Below, piece after piece: positions 38,872 through 48,717 of a stretch of 58,995 nt of DNA (position 1 is its first letter; every line of letters starts with the position of its first letter). The notes beneath the pieces were generated by a model that did not search any database, was not told the origin of the DNA, and saw nothing but the letters and a program-made list of their open reading frames with translations. The stretch spans positions 67,747 to 126,741 of the forward strand of contig JAJRTR010000138.1 of NCBI GenBank assembly GCA_024278215.1, read 5' to 3'. Source of the DNA: a bacterium (lineage in GTDB: Bacteria > UBP15 > UBA6099 > JAJRTR01). The translations under genes and the position numbers were made by a program.

Positions 38872-39153
38872 ATTGACATTTACATATATTAATTATTGCG
38901 ACCGTGACTTTAAAGCAAATCGGATTATATTGCCACTGTCGCGAAGATTACAGCGCGTTCGCGGCAATGTGTTGTCGTGAAAAAAGAGCAGTGCGCGCGC
39001 GGTGCGTTCAGGCTGCGCGTCCCGGCCGGAAGCGGTGAGAGCGGACAAACACACCGGGGCGAAATTCCCGGACGACCGCTATTTCAGAAAACATATCGCA
39101 ACTTTGTGGTGCGAAACCGTGAAATTTGATGCGAGGATAAGCTATAATCCATA

Positions 39154-39331
39154 GAGCCAATTACAAAATTATGTTCGTAGCGAGGTCGGGCGAAAATGTT
39201 CAGAGCAAGGCGGAGGTGTAAAATCCTCGCAGGCGTACTTGTAAAGTACGTCGAGGACGATTTTGTGCCGACAACGCAGCTATGGACAATAGCAGCCGAC
39301 CGCAGCCGAATCAGAATTTTGCAATTGGTTC
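39154..39331 (+). mobile_element. ~178-bp MITE (family A), full copy
   Basis: TIRs; perfect 4-bp TSD CATA. Confidence 0.92.
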
Positions 39332-39367
39332 CATATAAGAAATATTTCAACGGAGGGCAGACAAACC

Positions 39368-39922
39368 ATGAAGATAGTTGGCGTACTCGGAAGTCCGCGC
39401 AGGACATCGAACAGTACAGCTCTGGCGAAGAAGGTCATCGACACGGCAAAAGAGATGGGCGCGGAAGCTGAAGTATTCGTGCTGAACGAACTTATTTTCA
39501 AAGGCTGCCAGGCCTGCCGCGGATGCAAGGGAGAAAACGACCATTGCATTTTGAATGACGATCTTCCTGAAGTGCTCGATAAAATACGCGAAGCCGACGC
39601 CCTTGTCATGGCGTCGCCTGTTTATTTCGGTGACGTATCGGGCCAGCTCAAGCGATTCATTGACAGAACATACAGCTTCTTCGACGACGGCTTCATCACA
39701 AGACTCGCGCCCGGAAAGAAGTTCATCTTTATCCTCGTGCAGGGCAATCCGTCGGAGGAAGTGTTCGCCGACATAATCCCGCGCTACGAGACATTCTTCA
39801 GAATGTACGGGTTCGACACGAAAAGTCTGCGCGCCACAGGATATCAGGATGCCGGCCTGGTCGCGGAAAATGAAGAATTGATGAAACGCGCCGAAGAACT
39901 CGGCAGGGAATTGGTGCAATAA
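39368..39922 (+). CDS. Iron-sulfur flavoprotein / flavodoxin family
   Basis: GSPR, CQACRGC-x6-C, ASPVYFG, LKRFIDR. Confidence 0.92.
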   Translation: MKIVGVLGSPRRTSNSTALAKKVIDTAKEMGAEAEVFVLNELIFKGCQACRGCKGENDHCILNDDLPEVLDKIREADALVMASPVYFGDVSGQLKRFIDRTYSFFDDGFITRLAPGKKFIFILVQGNPSEEVFADIIPRYETFFRMYGFDTKSLRATGYQDAGLVAENEELMKRAEELGRELVQ

Positions 39923-39982
39923 ACCGGCGGCTTACTTGCTGGAGGAAACCGGCGGCACAGGCGAAAGCTGTTGCCCGGCGAG

Positions 39983-41446
39983 ATGAAAGTATTACTTCTC
40001 AACCCACCTTATTCGCGTTTGCGCAACACCAAGGAAAGATCGGAGATGGTGCCGCCGCTGGCATTGCCGTATATCGCTGCCTCGGTCGCCGCCGCCGGCC
40101 ACGATGTTACAATCCACGATGCGAACTACAACCCGGCAGAACGACTTGCCGCTATCGACGAAGGCGCAAGTCTGCTCGATAAATTCCACAAATATCACGG
40201 CAGCCTCGATTCGGGCACCCACCCCGTGTGGGACGAATGCAGAGCGCTGATACGCACGCTGGAGCCGGACATTGTCGGCCTCACCGTGCTCAGCCCCGTT
40301 CGCAACTCCGCGCTGAGACTCGCGGAAATATGCAGGGAAGTCAACCCGGATATTAAAGTGATACTCGGCGGCTATCACCCCACGGTATGCCCCGAAGATG
40401 TGCTGGGTAACGATGCGGTGGACGCGGCGGTGCGCGGCGAAGGCGAGATCACTTTCACTGAAATAGTCGGCAGGCTTTCAGCCGGTGGCGGCTTCGACGA
40501 CATCGACGGCGTGTCCTTCAGGCGCGGCGCGGAGATCGTCCATAACCCTGACCGCGACCTTGTGAAAGACATCGACACACTTCCCTCGGCCGCCGACTTT
40601 ATCTCCGGTTGCGAAACAGGCAAGGCGGCACTGCACTTCGCGCGCGGATGTCCCTATGCCTGCAAGTTCTGCGCCGACTCCACGATGTGGCGCAGAAAAC
40701 CCCGCTTCCATTCCGCGGAACGCATGGTCGGCGACATCGAGACTGTCGTCGACAAACTCGGCGTCCGCGAATTTACTTTTGTCGACGGCACATTCAACCT
40801 TAACCGTCGCCGCGTGATGGAACTGTGCCGGATGATAGTCGACCGAAAAATCCACATCCGCTGGGACGCGCTTGTGCGAGCCGACAGCCTGGACGAAGAA
40901 CTGGTTGCTTTATGCCGACGCGCCGGCTGCTCGCAAATGAATCTCGGCGTCGAATCCGGCAGCCAGTATGTTATCGACAAACTCAACAAGAAGACCGATC
41001 TCGACACCATCGAAGACGACATAAAGATTATCAGGAAGAACCATATAGCGAGCGTTTCCTTTTTCTGCGTGGGAATGCCGCCGGAGCGGAAGGAAGACCT
41101 TCGCGCGTCAAGGGACCTGATACTAAAGCTGAAACACGATTATGTGATTATGAATATTTTCACACCGTTCCGCGGCACAGCCTTTTACGACGAACTTGTA
41201 AGCTGCGGCTTCCTCGACGATAGCCATGATTACGATTCCTACGGATACAAAGCGCCTACGAACCATTTCGTGCCCGGCCTGACACAGGAAGAGTATGATG
41301 AATTGAGAGATGAGATCGTGCAGGCTGTCGACCTCGTCAACAAAAGAGGCAAGCTACCGCTGAAGTTGCTTTTCTACAACTTCGGCTTCTATGCCCGCTA
41401 TCCCGGCCAGTTGTGGAAACGCCTCAGGAGCCTCCTCGGGTTTTAA
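39983..41446 (+). CDS. B12-binding domain radical SAM protein
   Basis: N-terminal cobalamin-binding domain (PPLALPY, GGYHPT, RGEGE), RGCPYACKFC, GVESGS. Confidence 0.92.
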   Translation: MKVLLLNPPYSRLRNTKERSEMVPPLALPYIAASVAAAGHDVTIHDANYNPAERLAAIDEGASLLDKFHKYHGSLDSGTHPVWDECRALIRTLEPDIVGLTVLSPVRNSALRLAEICREVNPDIKVILGGYHPTVCPEDVLGNDAVDAAVRGEGEITFTEIVGRLSAGGGFDDIDGVSFRRGAEIVHNPDRDLVKDIDTLPSAADFISGCETGKAALHFARGCPYACKFCADSTMWRRKPRFHSAERMVGDIETVVDKLGVREFTFVDGTFNLNRRRVMELCRMIVDRKIHIRWDALVRADSLDEELVALCRRAGCSQMNLGVESGSQYVIDKLNKKTDLDTIEDDIKIIRKNHIASVSFFCVGMPPERKEDLRASRDLILKLKHDYVIMNIFTPFRGTAFYDELVSCGFLDDSHDYDSYGYKAPTNHFVPGLTQEEYDELRDEIVQAVDLVNKRGKLPLKLLFYNFGFYARYPGQLWKRLRSLLGF

Positions 41447-41495
41447 GCCGCGCCTATGAAATATGCGGCATACCCTCGCCGCCCCCGGCAGACAC

Positions 41496-42824
41496 TCACT
41501 TCAACTTGTAGAGATCATTGAGATATTCGACAGCAAGTTCTTTAGCGAGTGAGCGGTCTTCCATAGTCGCCATCATTCCATACATGGCGGCTTCCTGCGA
41601 AACGTTCGACGCATCTACGTCCCGGACCGCATCGACAGCCTCCGCGAGTTCAGCCAGGAACTCGTCGGCGACATTTTCGTGGAACGGCGAGACCGTCACA
41701 TGAAGACTGGGGGGCAGGTGCTGTTTTTCTATCATCCAGCCGCGTTTGTGGAGTTCGTCCGAGAGGGCGTAGACATTGATCGTATCGCTCTTCATACTGA
41801 AAACCGTCGCGTGTGGTTCGCCGATGACGTCGAGGCCGTCGATGGCGCGCACTCCGGCAATGAGTTTCTTTGTCGTGTCCATCGCTTTCCGGGCGAGTTC
41901 GAGATAGCCGTTTTCGCCGACATAGCGGAGCACAGTCCATGCGCCTGCGATGGGGCCGCCCGTGCGCGCGCCGGAAACAGTGGACGTGCCGTAGACGCCT
42001 CCGGGGAAATCGGCGAAAGCGAAATACTGGAAGTAACGGTAACCGCTGTTGCGGTAAAGCACCGTGGAAGCGCCCTTGGGCGTAAATCCGTATTTGTGGA
42101 GGTCCGCGGACATCGAAGTGACACCCGGCACACTGAAGTCGAAGTCGGGCACGGGATAGCCCAGTTTTTTTACGAACGGCAGTATCAGGCCGCCGAGACA
42201 CGAATCAACATGGAACCAGATGTCTTTCTCCGCCGCCGCCGCCGCGAGCTCCTCGATAGGGTCGACCATGCCGTGCGGATATGTCATGGCCGAGCCGACC
42301 ATCATAATCGTGTTTTCGGTAATCGCGTTTTTTATTCCCTCGACATCCGCGCGGTAGTCGTCGCCGACCGGCACATGAATGATACTCAGCCCTAGGTAAT
42401 GGGCTGATTTGTCGAAAGCGGGATGTGTTGTTGTAGACGTAATTATTTCCGGTGCACAGATGCCGGGCTTGATTTTGCGAGCCCGGTCGCGCGCGGTTTT
42501 AGTTGCCATAAAGATACTTTCCGTGCCGCCGCTTGTCATGCTGCCTACTACGTTTTCGTCGCCGCCCAGAATGCCTGCAACCATTGACACAACTTCCGTC
42601 TCCATCTTCAGCAGGCTCGGAAACGCCATCGGGCTGAGGCCGTTTTCGAGTATGAACTTCCCGTAAGCCTCGTTGCCCACCCGCATGAGCTCTTCTCCCG
42701 CATTGTATATAAGACTGAAGGAGCGGCCCCGTTTCCAGTCGAGGTCGCTTTCCTTTATCCTGTCGAGTTCGGCCATAAGTTCTTGTTCGGGCACCCCGGT
42801 TTCGGGCAGTTTTTCCTGTTTCAT
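41496..42824 (-). CDS. PLP-dependent enzyme, sphingosine-1-phosphate lyase-like
   Basis: TSGGTES, HPAFDK, HVDSCLGG, SADLHKYG. Confidence 0.88.
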   Translation of the reverse strand: MKQEKLPETGVPEQELMAELDRIKESDLDWKRGRSFSLIYNAGEELMRVGNEAYGKFILENGLSPMAFPSLLKMETEVVSMVAGILGGDENVVGSMTSGGTESIFMATKTARDRARKIKPGICAPEIITSTTTHPAFDKSAHYLGLSIIHVPVGDDYRADVEGIKNAITENTIMMVGSAMTYPHGMVDPIEELAAAAAEKDIWFHVDSCLGGLILPFVKKLGYPVPDFDFSVPGVTSMSADLHKYGFTPKGASTVLYRNSGYRYFQYFAFADFPGGVYGTSTVSGARTGGPIAGAWTVLRYVGENGYLELARKAMDTTKKLIAGVRAIDGLDVIGEPHATVFSMKSDTINVYALSDELHKRGWMIEKQHLPPSLHVTVSPFHENVADEFLAELAEAVDAVRDVDASNVSQEAAMYGMMATMEDRSLAKELAVEYLNDLYKLK

Positions 42825-42936
42825 CGTGCTCCTCCGTAAGATGTATTCTTTATACCTTAATCGGCTGAGCCTGAAATCGCAATGTTTAAGGTTTTCGTTC
42901 GGGCGCGGACGAATAATCGAAAGGAATAGTTCACAA

Positions 42937-42986
42937 TATTCAATACTTCATGAACTTTTGAATATATTGAATCACTCGGTTATAAT
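42937..42986 (+). promoter_or_regulatory. Putative operator palindrome overlapping a sigma70 promoter of the isoprenoid operon
   Basis: TATTCAATACTTCATGAACTTTTGAATA (12/14 pairs) overlapping TTGAAT-17 bp-TATAAT. Confidence 0.65.
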
Positions 42987-43010
42987 CACGTCATGGTGGA
43001 GGTGTTTCAA

Positions 43011-43640
43011 ATGGATGAGGAATTAAGCGCGCGTGCTATTGAAGAGGAAGACAGGATATTGCAGGCCGTGGAGGATGTGATAGATTTCTGGGGTTTCAAG
43101 GGGATACACGGAAGGGTGTGGGGGATGTTGTATCTCGCGACGGAACCGATGACGATGGACGAAATCGGAGAGCGGCTGGATTTGAGCGCGGGCGCGGTGA
43201 GTATGGCCTTGAAGGAACTCCGGCAGATCGGCGTGGTGGCAAGGGTGAAAAAACGCAGCGACAGAAAAACACACTATATAGCCGAGACGGATTTCATGAA
43301 GATGATCACGGGGATTCTCGAGGACAGGGAAAAGAGGATCGTGAATACCGCCACAGACAGAATTCGCGAAAGCGCCGATGGGTTGAATAAACTGTCGCGG
43401 GAAGCCGGGGGCGCAAGCAAAAAGGAGTTGAAGCAGAAGGTGGAAAAAGCGCGTAAACTCGAACTGCTCGGACTCAGCATATTTGCGCTGATAGAGTCTG
43501 TCGCGAAGCTGCGGAATGTGGATTCCGGCGCGTTGCGCGACCTGTCGAGACTTGCGGGTACGCTTGTTGAAACTCCCGAGCGGAAATTGAAACGGCTCAC
43601 TAAAAAATGGAAGAACGACTGGAACAGATTGATCTCATAG
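43011..43640 (+). CDS. GbsR/MarR family transcriptional regulator
   Basis: FWGFxxxxGRVWGMLYL, wHTH SAGAVSMALKEL, DRKTHYxAE; GGAGG RBS. Confidence 0.88.
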   Translation: MDEELSARAIEEEDRILQAVEDVIDFWGFKGIHGRVWGMLYLATEPMTMDEIGERLDLSAGAVSMALKELRQIGVVARVKKRSDRKTHYIAETDFMKMITGILEDREKRIVNTATDRIRESADGLNKLSREAGGASKKELKQKVEKARKLELLGLSIFALIESVAKLRNVDSGALRDLSRLAGTLVETPERKLKRLTKKWKNDWNRLIS

Positions 43641-43718
43641 ATGTCGGAATATTAATAGATAATTCATGCCGGGCGACAGTGATTTGTGATTTGTTCAAAA
43701 GCGGGAATCGAGGGTTCA

Positions 43719-44690
43719 ATGCATGAAAATATTGCGGCTGATATGCGGATAGCAGCAGACAAGCTCAATGATGAAGGCTGTATACGTAATGTCGAGAGTA
43801 TAAACGGCGCAGAAAGCATAATCCCGGACGGAGGCAAGCTTCTCAGGCCGCGCCTCGTTGTGACAACGGCCAGACTCTGTGGATACTGCGGGACGAAGCA
43901 TACGGATTGCGCTGTTGCTGTCGAGCTACTCCATAATTCGACGCTTTTCCATGATGATGTAATCGACTCTGCGACGGTGAGAAGGGGGAAACCCTCGATC
44001 AACGCGAGATATGGAAATGAGGTTGCGATACTCGCGGGAGATCATTTTATCGCGAGGTCGATGAACATTGCGTCTCTGACCGGCAATCCTGTAATCGTAG
44101 AGATAATATCGAAGTGTCTCGAAGAACTCGTCTTCGGACAATTGAGGGAAATGGACCTGGACTATCGGCTGGAATGCAGCGTGGATGAGTACTACGAGGT
44201 AATAGAAAACAAGACAGCCGCGCTCGTGAAGGCATGTGTGCTGGTCGGCGCACGCGTGGCGGGCGCAGGCAAAGATACCATAAAACTGCTCGTCGATATA
44301 GCGCTCGGAGCAGGCAGGCTTTTCCAGATTGCGGACGATGTCATCGACTACCTGTGCGATGAATCCGTCACGGGAAAACGCAGATTCCAGGACATTCGTG
44401 AAGGCAAGATGACTCTGCCTGCAATTATCCTGCTCGAGAAATGCGGTCTGGACGAAAGAAGACTTTTCGCGTCGAAACTGGGGAAAGAAAAACTTTCAGA
44501 CGAAGAGGGGCTGGAGATACTTGCTCTGATGGAAAAACACGAGGTGTTCGGGGACATAAGAAAAGATTATGAAGAGCAGCACGGCAGGTTGCGAGCGCAT
44601 TTAAAAGATGTTAGTGATAATGAATACAGTCACGATTTCAAAGAACTGGTCGAGTTGATAGTCGGCAGGCTGTATGGCTGTATGGAATAG
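43719..44690 (+). CDS. Polyprenyl diphosphate synthase (trans-prenyltransferase)
   Basis: GGKLLRP, FARM HDDVID + RRG, KTA, SARM FQIADDVID, EGKMTLP. Confidence 0.92.
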   Translation: MHENIAADMRIAADKLNDEGCIRNVESINGAESIIPDGGKLLRPRLVVTTARLCGYCGTKHTDCAVAVELLHNSTLFHDDVIDSATVRRGKPSINARYGNEVAILAGDHFIARSMNIASLTGNPVIVEIISKCLEELVFGQLREMDLDYRLECSVDEYYEVIENKTAALVKACVLVGARVAGAGKDTIKLLVDIALGAGRLFQIADDVIDYLCDESVTGKRRFQDIREGKMTLPAIILLEKCGLDERRLFASKLGKEKLSDEEGLEILALMEKHEVFGDIRKDYEEQHGRLRAHLKDVSDNEYSHDFKELVELIVGRLYGCME

Positions 44691-44700
44691 AAAACGGACA

Positions 44701-44727
44701 GCAGAATCAGAACTTTGTAATTGGCTC
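44701..44727 (+). repeat. Solo end of family A MITE
   Basis: GCAGAATCAGAACTTTGTAATTGGCTC, 20 bp before the uppS-dxs ATG. Confidence 0.7.
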
Positions 44728-44747
44728 GGATATAAAGGAGTTGTCAA

Positions 44748-47402
44748 ATGAAGGAGCAAGGGATCAAGGATTTGTTGGACCACAGCGACGCGCTGCCTGC
44801 TCACATTGCAATCATTATGGACGGAAACGGCAGGTGGGCACAGGAGAGGGGACTGCCGCGCTCTGCCGGTCACAAAGCCGGAGCGGAGCGAGTGAGGCCG
44901 GTCATCGAATTGTGCAGTGAGCTTGTAATAGAGACACTTACGATGTTCGCTTTCTCGACGGAAAACTGGCAGCGCCCGGAGGCGGAAGTGTCCGGGATTA
45001 TGAAACTGCTGGGAATGTTTCTAGACCGGGAAGTCGAAAGCCTGAAAAAGAACGGCATCCGCTTGCGTTTCCCGGGCAGCCCGGACAGGATGTCGCCGGT
45101 GTTGAGAGAAAAAATGAGGAAGGCTGAGGAAATCACTTCCGTGGATTATAAGACGACTCTCAATATCTGTGTTAATTACGGTGGTCGCGACGAAATACTG
45201 ATGGCGATAAAAAGAATAATGAAGAGCCGGCGGGATGAAGGTCTGGAAGCAGAGAGTTTCGAGTTGGACGATATTTCACAATACCTTTATACGGCAGGTA
45301 TGCCGGACCCCGACATCCTTATCAGGACGGGCGGCGACAATCGTATCAGCAATTTCCTTCTGTGGCAGATCGCGTACTCCGAGATATTCTTTCACCCGAA
45401 ATACTGGCCCGACTTCGGCCCCGGCGACCTTGTGGAATGTATAAATGACTACATTGCAAGAGAGCGAAGATTCGGCAGGATCGAGGAGAGCGGCGAAACA
45501 CTCCTTTCGACAATCGACAGTCCTGAGGATGTGAAGAAACTGCCTGCCGACAGGCTCGACGAACTGGCCGCGGAGGTAAGGGATACGATTATTTCCAGGG
45601 TGTCGTCGATCGGCGGGCATCTCGCGTCGAATCTCGGTATTGTCGAGTTGACTATAGCGCTGCATCGGGTTTTCGATTCGCCGCGCGACAAATTCGTCTG
45701 GGATGTCGGCCACCAGTGTTATCCGCACAAACTTCTCACAGGCCGTTACAGGGATTTCGCGACATTGCGCACACGCAATGGCATCAGCGGATTCCCTAAA
45801 AGAGGCGAGAGCGAGCACGACTGCTTCGACACGGGGCACGGCAGCACGTCGCTGTCCGCGGCGCTCGGGCTGTCGGTAGGCCGCGACCTGAAAAATGAGG
45901 ACTCGCATGTGATCGGCATCTGCGGCGACGGCGCTATGTCCGGCGGCATGATTTTCGAGGCGCTCAATCACGCGGGTGAACTGAGCAGGAATATAATCGT
46001 GATTCTTAATGACAATTCGTTCTCCATTTCACCGGTGACCGGCGCGCTCGGGCGCTCCCTGAGCAAGCTGCGGACCAGCGCCCACTATGTGCGACTCCAC
46101 CAGACGATGGAAAATCTGAAGGAAAAACCTTCGGGCATATTTAAAGCGCTCAGCCTCATTACTTCTCCGTTCAGGTCGCTCGGAAAGTATCTCGCTTTCA
46201 GGGAGAACATCATTTTCGAGGAACTTGGTTTTCAATATGTCGGCCCCATAGACGGGCATGATATACAGGCAATGTGCGCGGTGCTGGAGAATGTGAAGAA
46301 AATCAAAGGACCGGTTCTCGTGCATGTCCTCACGAAAAAAGGCAAGGGCTATGTGCCCGCCGAATGCGACCCTGCAAGTTACCACGGGATAAATAAGCTA
46401 TCCGCTGTGAAAAAAGAGAAAGTCGATATACGCCCCGCTGTCACCTATACGCACGCATTTTCCGCATGTATGAAAAAGCTGTGCAAAAAAGATGACCGTG
46501 TCATGGGCATAACCGCGGCGATGCCGGGCGGGACCGGCCTGGAGAAACTGATCGAAGAGTACCCTGAAAGATTTTTCGATGTCGGCATGGCCGAGCAACA
46601 TGCGGTGACATTCGCGGCCGGGCTCGCCGTGCAGGGTTTCAGACCCGTCGTAGCGATATATTCGACCTTCCTGCAGAGGGCATACGACCAGATATTCCAC
46701 GACGTATGCCTGCAGGACCTGCCGGTAATATTCGCTGTCGACAGGGCCGGCCTCGTAAGCAGATATGGACAGACCCACCAGGGCATCATGGATATTGCAT
46801 ATATGAGACACCTGCCGAATATCCAGTTGCTTGCCCCGAGAGATACGGTCGAACTCGAAGCCATGATGGAGTATGCGCTGACGCAGGACCATCCGTTGGC
46901 TGTCAGGTATCCTTCCGGCGCGGATGCCGGGCCGATAAAAACAGGTGCCCGCGCGCCGATAGAACATGCGACGGCGGAACTGCTCAAAAACGGCAAGGAC
47001 GCCGCTGTATGGGCTGTCGGCCCGATGGCTATGCACGCTCTGAAGGCGGCGCGCGCGTTGCAGAAGCAGGGGCTGGACGTGCGTGTTCTGAATGCAAGAT
47101 TCGTGCATCCCATGGATGAAACAACATTGCTCAAAGCCTATGAGGACGGCATAAGAAGATTCTTTACAGTTGAAGACCACCTGCTTTCATCCGGGTTCGG
47201 AAGCCTGTTCCTGGACAGGGCGAACGCGCTGGGGCTCGACCTTCTCAACGTGGTGCGCATAGGCGTGGAGCACAGCTATATTCCTGACGACAGCCGTGAC
47301 AACCTCCTTGCCGACTTCGGCCTCGACAGCGCTTCGATTGAACAAAAAATCCTGGAGACGATGACGAATGCGCAAACCGGAAAAGTTAAATCCGGAAGGT
47401 GA
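44748..47402 (+). CDS. Fusion: cis-prenyltransferase (UppS) plus 1-deoxy-D-xylulose-5-phosphate synthase-like (DXS)
   Basis: HIAIIMDGNGRWA, FSTENW, RISNFLLWQ, RERRFG then GGHLASNLG, WDVGHQ, GDG...NDN, AEQHAVT, YSTFLQRAYDQ in one uninterrupted frame. Confidence 0.92.
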   Translation: MKEQGIKDLLDHSDALPAHIAIIMDGNGRWAQERGLPRSAGHKAGAERVRPVIELCSELVIETLTMFAFSTENWQRPEAEVSGIMKLLGMFLDREVESLKKNGIRLRFPGSPDRMSPVLREKMRKAEEITSVDYKTTLNICVNYGGRDEILMAIKRIMKSRRDEGLEAESFELDDISQYLYTAGMPDPDILIRTGGDNRISNFLLWQIAYSEIFFHPKYWPDFGPGDLVECINDYIARERRFGRIEESGETLLSTIDSPEDVKKLPADRLDELAAEVRDTIISRVSSIGGHLASNLGIVELTIALHRVFDSPRDKFVWDVGHQCYPHKLLTGRYRDFATLRTRNGISGFPKRGESEHDCFDTGHGSTSLSAALGLSVGRDLKNEDSHVIGICGDGAMSGGMIFEALNHAGELSRNIIVILNDNSFSISPVTGALGRSLSKLRTSAHYVRLHQTMENLKEKPSGIFKALSLITSPFRSLGKYLAFRENIIFEELGFQYVGPIDGHDIQAMCAVLENVKKIKGPVLVHVLTKKGKGYVPAECDPASYHGINKLSAVKKEKVDIRPAVTYTHAFSACMKKLCKKDDRVMGITAAMPGGTGLEKLIEEYPERFFDVGMAEQHAVTFAAGLAVQGFRPVVAIYSTFLQRAYDQIFHDVCLQDLPVIFAVDRAGLVSRYGQTHQGIMDIAYMRHLPNIQLLAPRDTVELEAMMEYALTQDHPLAVRYPSGADAGPIKTGARAPIEHATAELLKNGKDAAVWAVGPMAMHALKAARALQKQGLDVRVLNARFVHPMDETTLLKAYEDGIRRFFTVEDHLLSSGFGSLFLDRANALGLDLLNVVRIGVEHSYIPDDSRDNLLADFGLDSASIEQKILETMTNAQTGKVKSGR

Positions 47403-47409
47403 AGGAGCC

Positions 47410-48438
47410 ATGCCTGAAGACAAAAACATATCGAAACGTAAGATCGAGCATCTGAACGCGGCGCTCGATTATTATGACAAAAGCAAAGTGAACAGTTTCG
47501 ATAATTATTATATGGTTCACAACGCGCTGCCCGGGATTGAGCTTGCGGATGTGGATTCATCGTGCGATTTTCTCGGACGCATAATATCGGCGCCGATAAT
47601 GATAGGAAGTCTGACGGGCGGACCTGAGCGCGCCGGCGAAATAAACCGCAACCTCGCCATTGCCGCGCAGAACGCCGGTATTGCGCTTGCGCTCGGTTCG
47701 GCGAAGATCGCATTTATAAAAGAAAAAGCCGCCGCGTCGTTTCAGGTGCGTGACTTGTGCCCCGATGTCCCCCTGTTGATGAACCTCGGACTCGTCGATC
47801 TTGGCGCGTGTTTCTCGACAGACGATTGCCGCTCACTGATGGAACGCACGGAGGCCGACGCGCTTATCTTCCATATGAATCCGCTTCACGAAGCCATGCA
47901 GGCCGAAGGGAACACAGATTTCAAGGGTTTAGCGAACAGGCTTCGGAAAGCAGTCGCGGAATTTGATTTCCCGGTAATCGTAAAAGAAGTCGGACACGGC
48001 ATAAGCGCGGATGCTTTCGGTCGTCTGTCGGATGTGGGAGTATACGCAGTAGATGTGGCGGGTCGGGGCGGCACGTCGTGGGGTTATATCGAAAGCAGCC
48101 GTTCGACGGACGCTGTCAGGCGTGCCGCGTGTCGCAGCTTCGTCGACTGGGGCATACCAACTGCCGATATACTGGCGCGAATCGGTGGAGCAAAGACAGC
48201 AACGCGGCTCATCGCTTCGGGCGGAGTGCGAAACGGTATAGACGCGGCAAAATGTATATGTCTCGGTGCCGATTTAGCGGCTGCGGCGGGTGCGTTCCTG
48301 GAACCTGCGCTGGAAAGCCCCGTGGCGGTCGAAAACAAGATCAGACAATTTATCCTCGAATTCAGGATGGCGATGTTCGCGACCGGCTGCCTGCGCGTAA
48401 AGGACCTCAATCCGAACTTGATCAGGAAGAAGACTTGA
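47410..48438 (+). CDS. fni: Type 2 isopentenyl-diphosphate delta-isomerase
   Basis: RKIEH, TGG, HMNPLHE, VKEVGHG, GRGGTSW, SGGVRNG. Confidence 0.9.
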   Translation: MPEDKNISKRKIEHLNAALDYYDKSKVNSFDNYYMVHNALPGIELADVDSSCDFLGRIISAPIMIGSLTGGPERAGEINRNLAIAAQNAGIALALGSAKIAFIKEKAAASFQVRDLCPDVPLLMNLGLVDLGACFSTDDCRSLMERTEADALIFHMNPLHEAMQAEGNTDFKGLANRLRKAVAEFDFPVIVKEVGHGISADAFGRLSDVGVYAVDVAGRGGTSWGYIESSRSTDAVRRAACRSFVDWGIPTADILARIGGAKTATRLIASGGVRNGIDAAKCICLGADLAAAAGAFLEPALESPVAVENKIRQFILEFRMAMFATGCLRVKDLNPNLIRKKT

Positions 48439-48555
48439 ACTGGCAGTCGGATTTATTATCGGTTTCGGGTTCTCCGTCAATAAGGTTTTTAACGACAACA
48501 CACTGTCACTTACGGCCCTGAAAGACCTATCCCGGGGAAATGAAAATAACGCCCA

Positions 48556-48715
48556 TTCTACTTCCGGTGCATCGGCGATTCGGGAGCGGTCCCATACCTG
48601 TATTTTGCGCAAGAGGCTGGCTGGCCGGCTGCTCCCTCACCACTCACTTGCCGCGCCTTGTTATTACACAGGCATTCTCCCGATTTTCGGCCCGCATTGG
48701 TGAAATATGCGGGTT
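48556..48715 (+). mobile_element. Family B element lacking left hairpin
   Basis: Matches 23238-23388, including right hairpin at 48690-48715. Confidence 0.82.
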
Positions 48716-48717
48716 GT

